Part shown: positions 1-13,662 of the stretch, in pieces | Numbering within the stretch: position 1 is the stretch's first letter | Layout: each line of letters begins with the position of its first letter | Source of the DNA: the human T2T-CHM13v2.0 reference genome, Homo sapiens | Direction: 5' to 3' (one strand) | Length of the DNA stretch: 64,000 nt | NCBI RefSeq assembly: GCF_009914755.1 | Contig: NC_060935.1 | Translations under genes and position numbers: made by a program | The notes under the pieces: generated by a model | Seen by the model: only the letters and a program-made list of their open reading frames with translations | Databases searched by the model: none | What the model was told of the DNA's origin: nothing

Positions 1-582
1 TGCTTGTTCCCTGGTGCCATAAAGAAATAGCACTTGAACATAAATTTAATTTTCTCAGCAAGGCCATTTTTATACTTTCTGCAGAAAGGATACACTCACC
101 AGCAGTTTTGCCATGACAGTACACCGAACAAAGGAGACAGGGTCATTTATAATCTGACGTGTCCACCCTACTACTGTGTGCAGTTTCCATTGGCTGGAAC
201 GGGACCTCGCATTCTATATTTGTCCCGACTGGCTAGCAACTTAGAACTTTTTAAAAGAGGCAAAGGCAGAGGAGAACAAAGGAAGGAGGAGGTAACTTAT
301 GGAATGCTGAGAAAGGTAAAAACACCTTCAAATAAGGAAGAGGAACAGGCTATGACCTATTGCTTGCTAGGACTAGTATAAACATGCCAGGACAAATATT
401 TAGGCTAAATTGTGGGAGCTAAGAACATAAAGTACATTGATTTCTTTATTACAGCTAGCAGATATTTAAGAATGTTAGCACAGGTCTTTGAATAAATTTT
501 GCTTCTAAGAGAAGTTATTATTTATTCTTAATTAGATGGAAAGGAAAGTTTTTGAAGAGGAACCTCTACTTTACTTTTTACA
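1..582 (-). mobile_element. ERV1 solo LTR, LTR10C-like (HERV-I group), 3' end cut by window edge
   Basis: The reverse complement starts TGTAAAAAGTAAAGTAGAGGTTCCTCTTCAAA at 582 and follows the recalled LTR10C consensus. CCAAT and TATA-like boxes lie on the minus strand (attgg 189-193 and ttata near 148-152 on +). Confidence 0.7.
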
Positions 583-951
583 ACTGGAAAGGGAAAAGGG
601 TAAGGAAAGCACTATACATGCAGGAAGCTCACCCAAAGGGAAGAATCATGGGAAAGAGTCAAGTCTATAAAAGTCCTAGGATCCCAGTTAAATGGGGCAC
701 TCAACCTTCTCTCTTCAATCTTCGCGTGCCCACTTAGGTCCCTCTCAAGCAAATTTTCCTTTCTTTCCTGTTCTGAGGCCTTTTAAAATAAACTTCCATT
801 CCTTCTCTGGAACTTGCCTTGATCTCTTTTTCTGCTTTATGCCCCTCAGTTGAATTCTTTCTACTGAGGAGGCAAGGACTGAAGTTGCTACAGACCCATA
901 CAGATAGGCCAACAGTGACTTAGGTAATTCAGGTCTCTTCCACTGGTAACA
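583..951 (+). mobile_element. 3' half of MER50-type ERV1 LTR, interrupted by the LTR10-like element
   Basis: TATAAAA, AATAAA and GAATTCTTTCTACTGAGGAGGCAAGG...CACTGGTAACA terminus. It is homologous to the complete minus-strand copy at 53544-54266. Confidence 0.7.
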
Positions 952-1006
952 GTGTGCTAAGAACTGTGCCTTGAGGATGGGCAGCTCTTGTTGTCCAGGT
1001 TGGTAT

Positions 1007-1428
1007 TGATAGAGGCAGCTTAGGTACCCCCCACTCCAGCAGAACCCTGCCTTCAAGCCTGAAACAGCCTGAAGGCTGAAAAACCAGACTTCTGGTCCAG
1101 GATGAAGCTTGCCCTTTCCCAATTGATTCTTTCTGAATAATGCCCACCTGCCCACTGGTACAATGCCATGGTGCTTCAGGCAGTTTCCGCCATTTGCAGT
1201 GGTGAGGAGTCTGGCTTCTCCTGTTGCTTTGTGGTGACCTGGGATTCAATCTGTGAGGCGGGAAACCTGCTAGCAGGACTCTCTCTCTTGCTTTTCTAAG
1301 AGTTATTTTTCCTTTTCGCCCAATAAATTCCATTTTCCTCACCCTTCTACGTGTCTGTGAGCCTGATCTTTCCTGGTCGTGTGACAATAGCTGGGTTTTA
1401 GCTGAACTAAGGAGAAAATTCTGCAACA
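1007..1428 (+). mobile_element. MER61-family ERV1 solo LTR
   Basis: TG...CA termini (TGATAGAGGCAG / GCTGAACTAAGGAGAAAATTCTGCAACA), an AATAAA, and a perfect 4-bp TSD GTAT at 1003-1006 and 1429-1432. Confidence 0.8.
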
Positions 1429-2640
1429 GTATCATGTGTTACACTTTTGGAATGTGAGAGGGGAAAGTCTCAGCCAAATCATATGGAGTGGATCTCCCAC
1501 GGAGAAAAGGATACTGTTACCAGAGGAAGGGAGGGAGGAAGATAAGTTGGGAAGACAACAACAGTAGCTATGTGAGAACATTATTCATGTCCCCTTTGGT
1601 CAGGAAATCCGGTGCCCAGACAGTTGTAGTTTGACTTTGGAGTTCAAGCCTTCAGGAATAACATGGGAAGTGTAGCCATTTAAACATGAACATTGTTGGA
1701 TGTTTCCATCTCTAATAACACAATCTATTGTTAAGGCAAAACTGAGTTTATTGATTATCTTGTTAAAAGAAAACATTATATCTAAAGCTTTGATAATGTT
1801 TCAGAGGAAAATGGATTAGAATGATTTTTAAATTATCTCAAATAGTAAACATTCATTTAAGATAATAAAATGTAATTTAACTAACTTACCTAACAGATAT
1901 TAAAATGTAAATAAAATAAGATAAAGATAAAAAAATTAAAAGAAACTTTTAAGAATAAAACATCTTTAAAGCTTCAGTAAATAAATGTTTTCTATTATTA
2001 TTTACTCAGCCATTTTAAACAAAGATTATTTTAATATTCAGGATCACATTAACATTTATGTTCTCTTTATTAGTGGAAAGAAATGTTCTGAACTCACTTA
2101 GATTTTCCTCCTTGTTTTGAGGAGGCCTCTCTGCTTGCTGCTCTTATCTTTCTGCAGCAGCTTCTCTCCTGGAGCTCTATTCCTTGGTATTATTGAATAA
2201 ACTCTTCTTTTTCTTGTTTTTGATTTTTTTTTCTGACAATCCTCTGCCCTTTGGGGTTGAAGGTATGAGCCTATCTCTCCTCTTCTCTATTATTTATTTT
2301 TACTCCAACCACTAGCATATGATACACCTTGATTTAGGTGACCAGAATTATTTTAAAGGGTCCAAAAGCTTAGGATCGCAACTATTTTTGATTCTGCTTA
2401 TGAATTTCTTTATAGATATGCTATATTTTGAAACTGAGAGTAGGAATATGTTGATGAGTAGATCACAAATGCTTTATACATGTAAATTGCACTGTAGGTT
2501 TTCAGATAATCTGGGTATGTAACTTACGTAATATACATAAACTTGTAATGTAAATAGAGGTAGCTTTGGTGCAAATAAATTGCTTCTAACAATGTTTTGA
2601 CTGGCTTTTCTGTTACGGGAGCCATCTGTTGTTCTTGTGC

Positions 2641-2737
2641 CATATATATATATGTGTATATATATACATATGTGTATATATATATATGTGTGTGTTTGTG
2701 TGTATATATATATATATATACATACATTTTTTTTTTC
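2641..2737. repeat. (TA)n/(TG)n compound microsatellite plus T-run
   Basis: Seen directly. It explains the YI/YT-rich ORFs in the track. Confidence 0.95.
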
Positions 2738-2921
2738 TCTGTCATGCATTTCTCAGGCTCCAGGTCCTCCTATTCAGGCACTAACGTGTTAGCGTCACCA
2801 CATTGCCATGACAGCAACAGGTCAGAATTATCAAGAAATAGGGTGCTTCCTTCTGTGGGTAGGACAATTTGTCACTGACGTGAAATTTCAGTTGGAACAG
2901 ATGCATTATATATATATGTCT

Positions 2922-3118
2922 TCCAGCCTGGGAAACAGAGTGAGAGCCTGTCTCAAAATTTTATATATATATATAATTTTCTCACTCTGTCTCCTAGGCT
3001 TGAATGTATTGGTGCAATCATAGCTGAATGCAGCTTCAAACTCCTGGGCTCAAGCAATCCTCTTGCCTCAGCCTCCCAAGTAGCTGGAACTACAGGTGTA
3101 CTTCACCTTGCCCAGCCT
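2922..3118. mobile_element. Alu 3' fragment (+, 2922-2958) tail-to-tail with a FLAM/AluJ-like monomer (-, 2981-3118)
   Basis: TCCAGCCTGGGAAACAGAGTGAGAGCCTGTCTCAAAA, then CTCACTCTGTCTCCTAGGCT...CTCCTGGGCTCAAGCAATCCTCTTGCCTCAGCCTCCCAAGTAGCTGG. Confidence 0.8.
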
Positions 3119-3387
3119 GGAATAAAAAGTGCTGCTATCCCCACTCCCAGAGGGTTATCCATACTCAGAAGACAATACTTTCTCTTCACACTGAAGTAAA
3201 CAACATGGCAACTTGTGACCCATAAGAGGGAAAAAAATCTGCAGTATGTAAATATCTCATCTAGAAGTCACAGAGGAACATGTGAGCAGTGTAGACTCCT
3301 CAAGTGTCATTTAGAGTGTACTTATTGCTCAAATGAAATTTTTTCTTCCCTGGGTAAAATGCACCAGAATTCACATGAGCTCCCCAG

Positions 3388-3388
<1 letters not shown>

Positions 3389-3426
<38 letters not shown>

Positions 3427-3440
3427 GAGTGAGAGAGAGA
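3389..3440. repeat. (CA)n(GA)n microsatellite
   Basis: Seen directly. Confidence 0.95.
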
Positions 3441-3530
3441 AAAGAATGGAGAAAGAAAAACCTACCAGCCCAGCATAAAACTGCTTTTTGCAAGCAAAGC
3501 AATGACAAAATCAGATGTTAGGAGAGCACT

Positions 3531-4069
3531 TGTGAAGCAAACTTGCATCTTGACAAAGTTTAACAGGTGAGGAAGACTTTATTTAAACTATTGCAATAGG
3601 AAAGAGAGGTCAGAAACCAGCACATGAGCTCAACTGCTGAAACAAAATGCCAGAGAGCTTTTAAGAGCTGGAGAGATGGTGGGGAAACATAGGCCATCTG
3701 TGTTTGCTAATTGGCCTTCCCCATAGGAAAAAACTTGCTCTTATTTTCAAGGCAGGAAGTAGTTTTACAACGTGGAGCAAGACACTCACCTTCTCATGAA
3801 GACTGGGAGATAGGAGTGCTGTTTTCCTTGAAGATTGATGACATTTCAGAGAGGGTTCTCAGTTCCTTGAGAAAGGCATTTCCAGGGTTGTAAAACTGTC
3901 ACAAGACTGGGGAAGGTTTGCATATACTTTAAAGGGGCAGAGAAAGAATTTACAATGACAAGTTTTCTTAAAGTAAATGGTTTAAGGCAAGGGACTTTAT
4001 GGTCTTAGAGATAGGCAGATGCTTGTCTAAATTTTGTAAAGCTGAGGAAAAGGTTAATGACACATGTCA
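3531..4069 (-). mobile_element. MER67-family ERV1 LTR
   Basis: The reverse complement contains CCTCAGCTTTACAAAATTTAGACAAGC, GTAAATTCTTTCTCTGCCCCTTT and CAGTTTTACAACCC, matching the recalled MER67 consensus. Confidence 0.65.
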
Positions 4070-4369
4070 TGGAGGGCACTTCCTATATCCATCTGGAAGC
4101 TTCTTCAAGAAGAAAGGATATCTGCCTTAACATCATTTTGGATATGACATGGCATAATTCACATATATATAAGGTAGGCTGATGTCTATGGAAGTTGAGT
4201 TGAATTTACTGGGATAGCTATTGCACCAACATTTTCCCCCCTTTGAGCCATTCATTCTTTTGGGTTAACTTTTACTTTTACCTTGTGATTCCTTTCTTAT
4301 AAACATATTTGGACAAACATAGACATATTTGGATGTGTTTATGTATTTTTGTATTTATTTGAATAACTA

Positions 4370-5014
<645 letters not shown>

Positions 5015-6339
5015 TATGTTAATATATACATATATATATATTACATATTTGAAGAGATATTTAAATCAAAATGGCCTTCTAGACTTCAGCACCTAGAGCA
5101 TAAAGAAGGTTAAAGTGGCACAGGGGAAAGGGGGAATAGTAATTGTTATATTTTTATTTTGAATCATGCAAAGCATTAAGCCCTCTACTGTTATGTATTT
5201 AATCCACACAATAACGCTACAAAGAAAGTATGATGGTCCTCTTCAAAAATATAAGTGAACCCAGGAACTTGACATCACTTAACAAGAGCACACAGCTAGT
5301 CAGTGGTGCAGCTGAAATTCTAAAACAAGATGGTGAACAGTCAGATTCCTCCATTTTAAACAAATGTTTGATTGCTAACAGCTTGAGGCACCACTTTTTC
5401 TACCTTTCTCTTTTGTCTCACATCTAAATAAGTCCATAGAAAAGTGGAATCAAATCCTACAAACCTCTGCCCATAAGAACCCTCACCTTCCTCATCCCGG
5501 TCCCATTCCCTAACCACAGTAAAGACCAGGGATACTTGTCTCTTTCTTTCCTCAAGCTGCCCCTCACCAGCTTGGGTGCCTACCCTGCTCTATTAAAAAA
5601 TCCCACCATGTGTTTAATTTATATCCTCTAGGTGATATATGATGCTATTATCTTGATGTTGGTGGGGGGTTGATCCTTCCCTCTGTAGGCAGGACAACTA
5701 AAAAACAAAGGCAATGCAAAGTAATAAGGGAAGGCAGGGCCTCTCTAAACACACATCACCACTTCGAGATACTTCAGTAGCCAAAACTCTCTATGTGCCA
5801 TTAGCCATGTGAGTCTTTCCATGCCATAAACAGAACCCAGGCAGAAAAAGTAGGGGGAGAAAAGCTCATTCGAAAGAGACACTTAAACACAATTTGCACT
5901 GCTCATATGTTCGAATTTTCCATGTGCTTTTGGTTTTACAATTAGAAACTGCAGTCATATGGATAATGTGAATCAAAGTAAACTTTATTACAATAAAGGA
6001 CTATGATTTGAAGCCTGTTTCCTCCTTCTCTGTTCTAATGTTATGAATATAATGGATTCTAGGAAAATAGAGGGGCTACCGCTGACTAGAAAACAAATGC
6101 CATGTTGCCAATAGTAAAGGCAGAACATCTCATGCATCTCCTGAAAGATTTTTTCCAAGAATTATCCCTGAGGGTAGTGAACATCTGTTTCATTTAGCTT
6201 TCTTTTTCCAATTTTCTTATAACAGAAGTGATTTTCCTCTGAGGAAGCTATTCCATAAGTTTCAACAGAGCTAAGTTCTTTAACTTCACAAAATTTGTCC
6301 CAGACAGAGAGATGGTCATGAAGCCTGGGCTTGGACTAT

Positions 6340-6690
6340 GAAAATACTTTATCCTCCTGAACCTAACAGTAGGTTTAGAGATGGGCACATGGCTCAATTC
6401 AGGCCACCGAATCTCCCATCCAGGAATCTTCTGCCAGAGCCTTTAAAATGATGGCATCTTTCATTGTGGTTGCTAGGTGGCTAGGGTGTGTCTACAGGGC
6501 TGTCACAGGTGATTGCTTTTATTCCCTGAAGGTAAATTCACTGAGACACAGAAAAAGACACATGGCTCTAAAATATAATGCTTGAATCCAGTTATCTTTG
6601 GAAGTTTCAGTTACATAAGACAATGAATTCTTTTTTTCTTCCTAAACTAGTCTGGATTGAATTGAGTTTCTATTACTTTTGATCAAAAGT
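6340..6690 (+). mobile_element. Ancient ERVL LTR fragment (LTR16/LTR33-like)
   Basis: GATGGGCACATGGCTCAATTCAGGCCA and a 3' end TTTCAGTTACATAAGACAATGAATTC...GAGTTTCTATTACTT. Highly diverged. Confidence 0.4.
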
Positions 6691-6699
6691 TTAAATTTG

Positions 6700-6992
6700 G
6701 GCTGAGCACAGTGGCTCATGCCCATTATCCCTGTATTTTGGAAGGCCAAAGAGGGAGAATTGTTTGAGCCCAGGAGTTTGAGGCTAGTCTGAGCAACACA
6801 GTGAGACCCCCGTCTCTACCAAAAATTAAAAATTAGTGTGGTGTTGGGGTGCATGCCTGTAGTCCCAGCTACTCAGGAGACTGAATCAGGAGGATATCTT
6901 CAGTCCAGGAAGTTGAGGCTGCAGTGAGCCATGATCATGCCACTGCATTCTAGCCTCTACGAGAGTGAGATCCTGTCTGATAAACAAACAAA
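6700..6992 (+). mobile_element. AluJ
   Basis: Diverged dimeric Alu with the J diagnostics TTGAGCCCAGGAGTTTGAGG and GCTGCAGTGAGCCATGATCATGCC. Confidence 0.9.
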
Positions 6993-7049
6993 TGAAAACA
7001 TTCTTATCTGTATATGTGCTCATACACTGTGGCAAAAGAAGCTCTAGGT

Positions 7050-7177
7050 AACGTGACTGCATAATTCATAGTCCAAGTCAGAACATTTATGCAAGTTAAA
7101 ACAGATACTATTCAAATTTACACAGCGCAACAGTTAAATGGAACTGTCGCAGCCCAAGTAGAACATATGGTAACCTC
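7050..7177 (+). mobile_element. MER94-like hAT-Blackjack MITE
   Basis: GTGACTGCATAATTCATAGTCCAA...GGAACTGTC...CATATGGTAACCT resembles the recalled MER94 consensus, with degenerate terminal inverted repeats. Confidence 0.45.
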
Positions 7178-7338
7178 AGTAATTGGGGTTGTACTATACC
7201 ATACTGTATACTTTCTAAACCTCTCAGTAGCTTCTTCCATGTCCATGGTTGTTTTAACATATACTTTCTGTGTAAGAAAACAGCTTGTAAAAATAACAGC
7301 CACTGAAAATTGTGTCTAGGCCTTAGCCCTCTACCTTG

Positions 7339-7341
<3 letters not shown>

Positions 7342-7399
<58 letters not shown>

Positions 7400-7474
7400 G
7401 GCTTCTATAATAGCCTTCTATTTAGCTAGCTAGCTAGCTAGCTAGCTATCATCTATCTATGTAATCTATCATCT
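7342..7474. repeat. Compound tetranucleotide STR (TATC)14 ... (TAGC)6 plus degenerate TATC
   Basis: Perfect (TATC)14 at 7342-7397 and a (TAGC)n run from 7423. Confidence 0.95.
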
Positions 7475-7614
7475 CCTTTAAGTGAGTTATAAGTTGGAGG
7501 AGAGACTCATTTACAGATAAATTACCTAGAGTAATAAACAAATATCATCTGTCGAGATAGGGGATCGAGAGTGAAGAAGAGACAAGTAAGCAGCAGAAGG
7601 TGGTATATATGTGA

Positions 7615-8204
7615 TCATGGTGGCATGCATTTGCTTTGGCCTGACCAACAATACTTCCTTGTTTCTTTCTCATCACAAAATGTTTCTTTGCTTCGTATAT
7701 AGCAATGTACTTAGCCACACAGGATAAATATAATATTCTAAGGCAATCATAATAACTTAATTCCCCTTTGTTAGTGAATAATCTTTGGAAAGCTTTTCAC
7801 CCACTTATGCCCACCGGGATGTAAGAAGTCTATTGATAACTCCTAGCAAAGCTTTTCTTTCCTGAGAGAGGTACAAGAAGATGTATTGTTTTTGCCTCTG
7901 CATCCCTTTCCAAATGAAATTTCTGCTTTGGGCTATTGCATTAAGACATAATGACTGAAACTGTGACCGCAATTTGGTGTCATCCATGAGGCAATAAGAC
8001 TGAGTACAGGAATCAGCATACTGTGGATGGTGGTGTGGAAGCATGGAAAGTTTGGCTCCTTAATGGCATTGCTAAGTTGTAGGACCATCCCTGAGATTCT
8101 TACATTCAGATTTCTTGTTAAATGAGCCAATTGAGTTTTATGAGTTAAGCCATCATCAGGGAGGCAGTCTGTTACTTTCACCTGAATGCATCCTAATCAA
8201 TACA
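7615..8204 (+). mobile_element. LTR16-like ERVL LTR
   Basis: The 3' end TCAGATTTCTTGTTAAATGAG...TCTGTTACTTTCACCTGAATGCATCCTAATCAATACA is typical of the LTR16 group. The 5' boundary is approximate. Confidence 0.5.
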
Positions 8205-8384
8205 GGAGGCACAAATTCAACATCAGGCTGTCAATGTCCCATGTTATGGTCATGTGCCACTCAGGGGAAAATTCTACAGACAATTTTCACATAAAGTCCT
8301 ATAGCAACAAAAAAATGCTACCTCTGTGTTTTTCAAGAAAGCTAGAGCTGTCTAGACGGGACTCCTACTGCCCAACTAAGAAAA

Positions 8385-8480
8385 TCTCTCTCTCTCCTCC
8401 TTCCTCTCTCTCTCTCCCTCCCTTTCCCTCTTCATCTCCCTTTTACCCTGTTCTTCTCCTTCTCCCTCTCTCTTTTCTGT
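8385..8480. repeat. CT-rich low-complexity tract
   Basis: Seen directly. Confidence 0.8.
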
Positions 8481-9481
8481 CTGCTATAACAAATCATTCC
8501 TTAAGGGTAGGTATGAAAAAAGTCTATAAAAGTTTATGAGAAAGCCACTAATACTCACCTTTTGTGATTTTAGAATCATTTCTGAATCAAACAGAGTAAC
8601 AAATACCACTACAACAAAGGAGACTAATTAACTGATTGACTGTTCTAAAAGCCTGTATAAGCCCTATATAACCTAGGGTCTTTCCCTGTCTCAGTGCTTG
8701 AGAGATAGCAATATTACCTTAGTATATTGAACTTTCCACATGACTGCCTCCAAGCTTTTATTTCCAAGTATCCATTTTCACTACCATTGGATGGTGATGG
8801 AATAAACATTGGTATAGTTATTAGGAGGCTTGGGCTCTAGTCACAGCTTTGCTCCTGATAACCCATACTACTCAAGACAGTTTATTGAAGCCCTTGGGAG
8901 ACTTCAGTTTTACAGTTTGTAAAATGTGAAGTTCAAATGAGATAATTTAGATTTCTAATATTTTATATTCATAATTCAAAGAGACATCATCTCAGAAAAA
9001 TGGGTTTCACAGCCCAGCACTGTTGTGTTGAGAAGTGTGGTAGGCTGAGTAATGGCCCCCAAAGATATCCAAGACCTAATCTCCAGGACCTGTGAATGTC
9101 ATCTTATAGAGCAGTATGGACATTGCATATGTGATTAATTTAAGAATCTTCAAATGAGGAGATTATCCTGAATTATCTGGGTGGGTGCTAAATGTAATTA
9201 CAAGGATCCTTATGAGAAAGAGGCAGATTTGACCACAGAAGAGGAGAAGAACATGTGTCCACGCTGCTGGCTTTGAAGATGGAAGAAGGGGCATGAGTTA
9301 AGGAATGCAAAAAAAATGCAGCTCTAGAAGCTCAAAAAGGTAAGGAAAGGGATTCTCTTCTGAAACCTCTAGAAAAAACACAGTCCTGCCAACACCTTGA
9401 TTTTTGATATCCAGCCAGAACTATAAGAGAATAAATTTGTATTATTTTAAGCCATTAAGTTTGTGATAATTTGTTATAGCA

Positions 9482-10170
<689 letters not shown>

Positions 10171-11509
10171 CAGGACTATAGGTAAATAATTCAAGAATAG
10201 TAAAGTCTTATTGACCTTAGCAGGGATGTGGACCACGAAAGACTTGAGATTGTCGATTCTGAATAGAAATGAATGGTGGTAATTGCTTTACTGTCTGTCT
10301 GTAGTTCCTGGCTTAGAAGATGATAAATCTGAATATGTAGAAATAGCTTTGTGATAAACTGGCCTTTTCTGATTTTATCTTTGTATTACACTCTTATGTG
10401 GAACCTTTAATATGTGCCTATAAGTTGCTTTTCTGTTCTAAACAAGCTTTCCTTATAAGTTATAGTTGCAGATAATGGCAGGCTTGGTGTGGCTATATGA
10501 ATGAATCAATCACCTTTAACATTTACCTCTTAGTGTTTATTATGCTGGCTTCTAACCTATGGCGTGTATCAGAATAAAAAGTTTGTAAGAGCACATGCCA
10601 GGATTTCAACCTTGTGTACCTAGTCAGATTCTTCTTAACATGTTTCTTTTTAAATTCCTCCACAGAAATTATAAAATACACAAAAACCTTGGGAAAAAAT
10701 CACATAATGAGTCACTGCCATTGACTGATGTAATTTGAAATACTCTTAAAATATTGCTTCTTGTGTAACACATTGACACACTTGTGTCTCTCTGTTATGG
10801 TATTCATGTTCCTGTGATGTAAATATAGGTAAAGTCATCTCCAAAAGGCTCAGAAATCTTCGTTCAAAGTGCATTAAATAATGTTAAATATGAGATTTAT
10901 TTATAAAATGCTGACTGTTTTAGGAAATTGCTAGTCTGTCTTAGGCTGGATGGCATCTCGTCAAATTTGATGTTATCTGTTTGCTGACTTGGAGAGACAA
11001 AATATTCCTGTTCTGTCCCAATTTGCAGAAACACTAAATTAAACCGTATAAAATTACGGTTTTCATAGGTCAAGAACTTTCTTAAAGTTGGCCTTTTCGT
11101 ATGGTTTAACCTATTAAATGAATTCATTAGCAAAGAAACTCAAGGAAACTGAATTGGGCCAATAACTTCAAAGAATTGAAATATAATAAATAGGTAAATA
11201 ATAGTACAGCCACTATGTTATTGAGATTAATCAAGCTAAAAAATAACTTTTTAAGTCAAAACGATGTATACTATTGTCTTTGCTAAGTTTTTTCAATCTT
11301 CCTCAGTCCTGGATTTGTTTCATTCCTTACAAGGAATTTGTACATGTTTGTTGAGTGGATGAATGTAACTACTTTATATGAATGAATAACAGTTACAAAT
11401 CATGAATTACCTATTAGTGGGTAGTTTGAATACTGCATTATATGTGTACCAGAAATAAGTTTATTGTATATCATATTAGGATTGGGCTGGGTGTAGCTGT
11501 AGCATAATA

Positions 11510-11675
11510 GAAATATTACTGGAACTAGAATAAGTTGCTCTGCATTTGAAGATCTGCTAAATGCCTTAATTTCCTCATCTGAAAAATGGCAAAGTAATAA
11601 TATTTACCACCTAGAATTGCTGTGATACCCAAATAATATATGAGTAAAGGTGTTTGTAAATTACAAAATATTATA
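11510..11675 (+). mobile_element. MIR fragment
   Basis: MIR core CCTTAATTTCCTCATCTGAAAAATGG...TAATAATATTTACC. Confidence 0.6.
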
Positions 11676-13662
11676 AGGTATCATGGTATTTAGAAAGCAA
11701 AGACCCTCTGAGGACTCACTATCTGTGCCTGAACAGACTAAAGTTACTTCTAGGATATAAACTGGGTACCAACTAGGATATTATAACTAGGTACTAACTG
11801 GGCACATTTTGTTCTTGTTGTTGTTTGACAAACAACTCGTCTCTGCACTGAGAAAGGTTTTGTCTTTCCTAATTATAAACAGCTAACCAATATCAGTGAT
11901 TTGTAGGAAAAAAACAAGTCTGTTAATAAACTAAATAGTAAAGTAAGAATGACTAGCCCAACAAGGGCATTTCAAAAATAATAGCTGCTTTCTAATTTTA
12001 AGGATGATTTAAAGTCTTCACTCCTCACCCTCACCCAGACTTCCTTGTTTCTGAGTATAGAATTTGTTTCATTCAAGCATGTCCATAAGGTTTTTTTTTT
12101 TTTCTAAATAAGCTAATGAATCAGATGATGTCAGGACATAAAGCACTCACTGATGTTATTATGGCTTCTACATCAAAGATATCACAAAATGACATTTTCA
12201 CTGCACAATTACTATTGTTGCTTTATTTTATTTAAGTTACATTTTTAAAAGCATTTTATTGCAATTGAAAATTACTTCATGAGTGTAATTTGTGTTATAG
12301 GAATTCATATTTTACATTATTACTTCTGCATTATTTTATTCACTAGCATTTTCCTTTAACATAGAAACAGGTATATACATAGATATTTCCAATATATATG
12401 GTCATTGCCTGGAAACAGAACAGCCTAGAGAACTATGTGAATGATTTGAGAGTGCAAGGATCTTCAGAGGGAACGTGAGACTTCTTGGAAACAGGGCATT
12501 AAACCTCAGCTTGAATAATGAGTAGAAGTTACTCATGGAAGAAGGAAGAGAATGTGTCTGTGAGTACTGAGATGGTAGATGGGAGGGTGACCAAAAGAAG
12601 TACGAGGAGGAGGAAATGGCATGGACAAAGGCACAATGGCATGAAACACCACTGGGTGTAAAATTAGAATTATAATCAATCTAGAAGCACTAGAGTACAA
12701 AATATTAAGGGGAGAAAAGTAGGAATGAAAGAAAACAGCTCTTATTTCTGTGCTTTCTTCCAGGTGGAGGAATATCCATTAGTGTAACACACTTGTCCTC
12801 TTGCCATCAACTTATATCTCTCCTACGGTGGGTGGGGTTGATGTACCTGGGTTTGGAAGGTGCAACTAGAACTGTATATTCCTACCCTTTTTATCTTCTC
12901 TCCGTTGGGAGCCAGCTTACCTGCACGGTATAGTTGTTCCCATTTGGTTTTCTCCATGTCTTACATTTACAGAAACAGGTTTTGCCCCTAAGTCAAAGAT
13001 GAGGTTGGGTGATGGGGAAGTTAAATGCTGTTTTGAAGGGAGTAATTTAATTTAGGATTGTTAGAATGTATATTGGGGCACAAACCTTGAGAAATAATTG
13101 GGAAGAAGAATTCTGTGGGGGAAATGGTTGTCAAATGGTTCTAAGTGGGGAACATCTCCCCCAGATTTAGGCCTTAGACTTCATTTGTTGTTTGTTGATT
13201 TGGGGCCTTGGAAGTTTATGCTAGCCCATAAGACTTGTTTTTATAGTTATGTGGTTGGCTGTTACTTCTTGCAAACTGGGAAAGGAACTTTGATTTTTGC
13301 CCTGAGTTATTTTGACCTCACTGCAACTTAATGGAAGCTTTGTCCACAGGCAAATAGCTCTTTCTGTAGAAGCAGTACTACATGTGCCCAGTGAGAATTA
13401 GGCAAATGGAAGGCACACTTCAGCAATGTTGAGAAGTAACTCATGTCTTAGTGAAGGTATGAGACACCTTGGGCCTCAGGAAATATTTAGGGCCACTCAA
13501 GGCTCAGCAAACACATAAGCCTTTGAAACATTAAGCAGATGCTGGACATTTAACTCAGCAAAATGAAACCCTCTGAACAAAAATCTGCATTGTCCATGAG
13601 GATACCTATAGGATCAGTGGTTGCTGTTGTGAGAAGCAGCCTCATGAAGGGGCAGACGAGTC

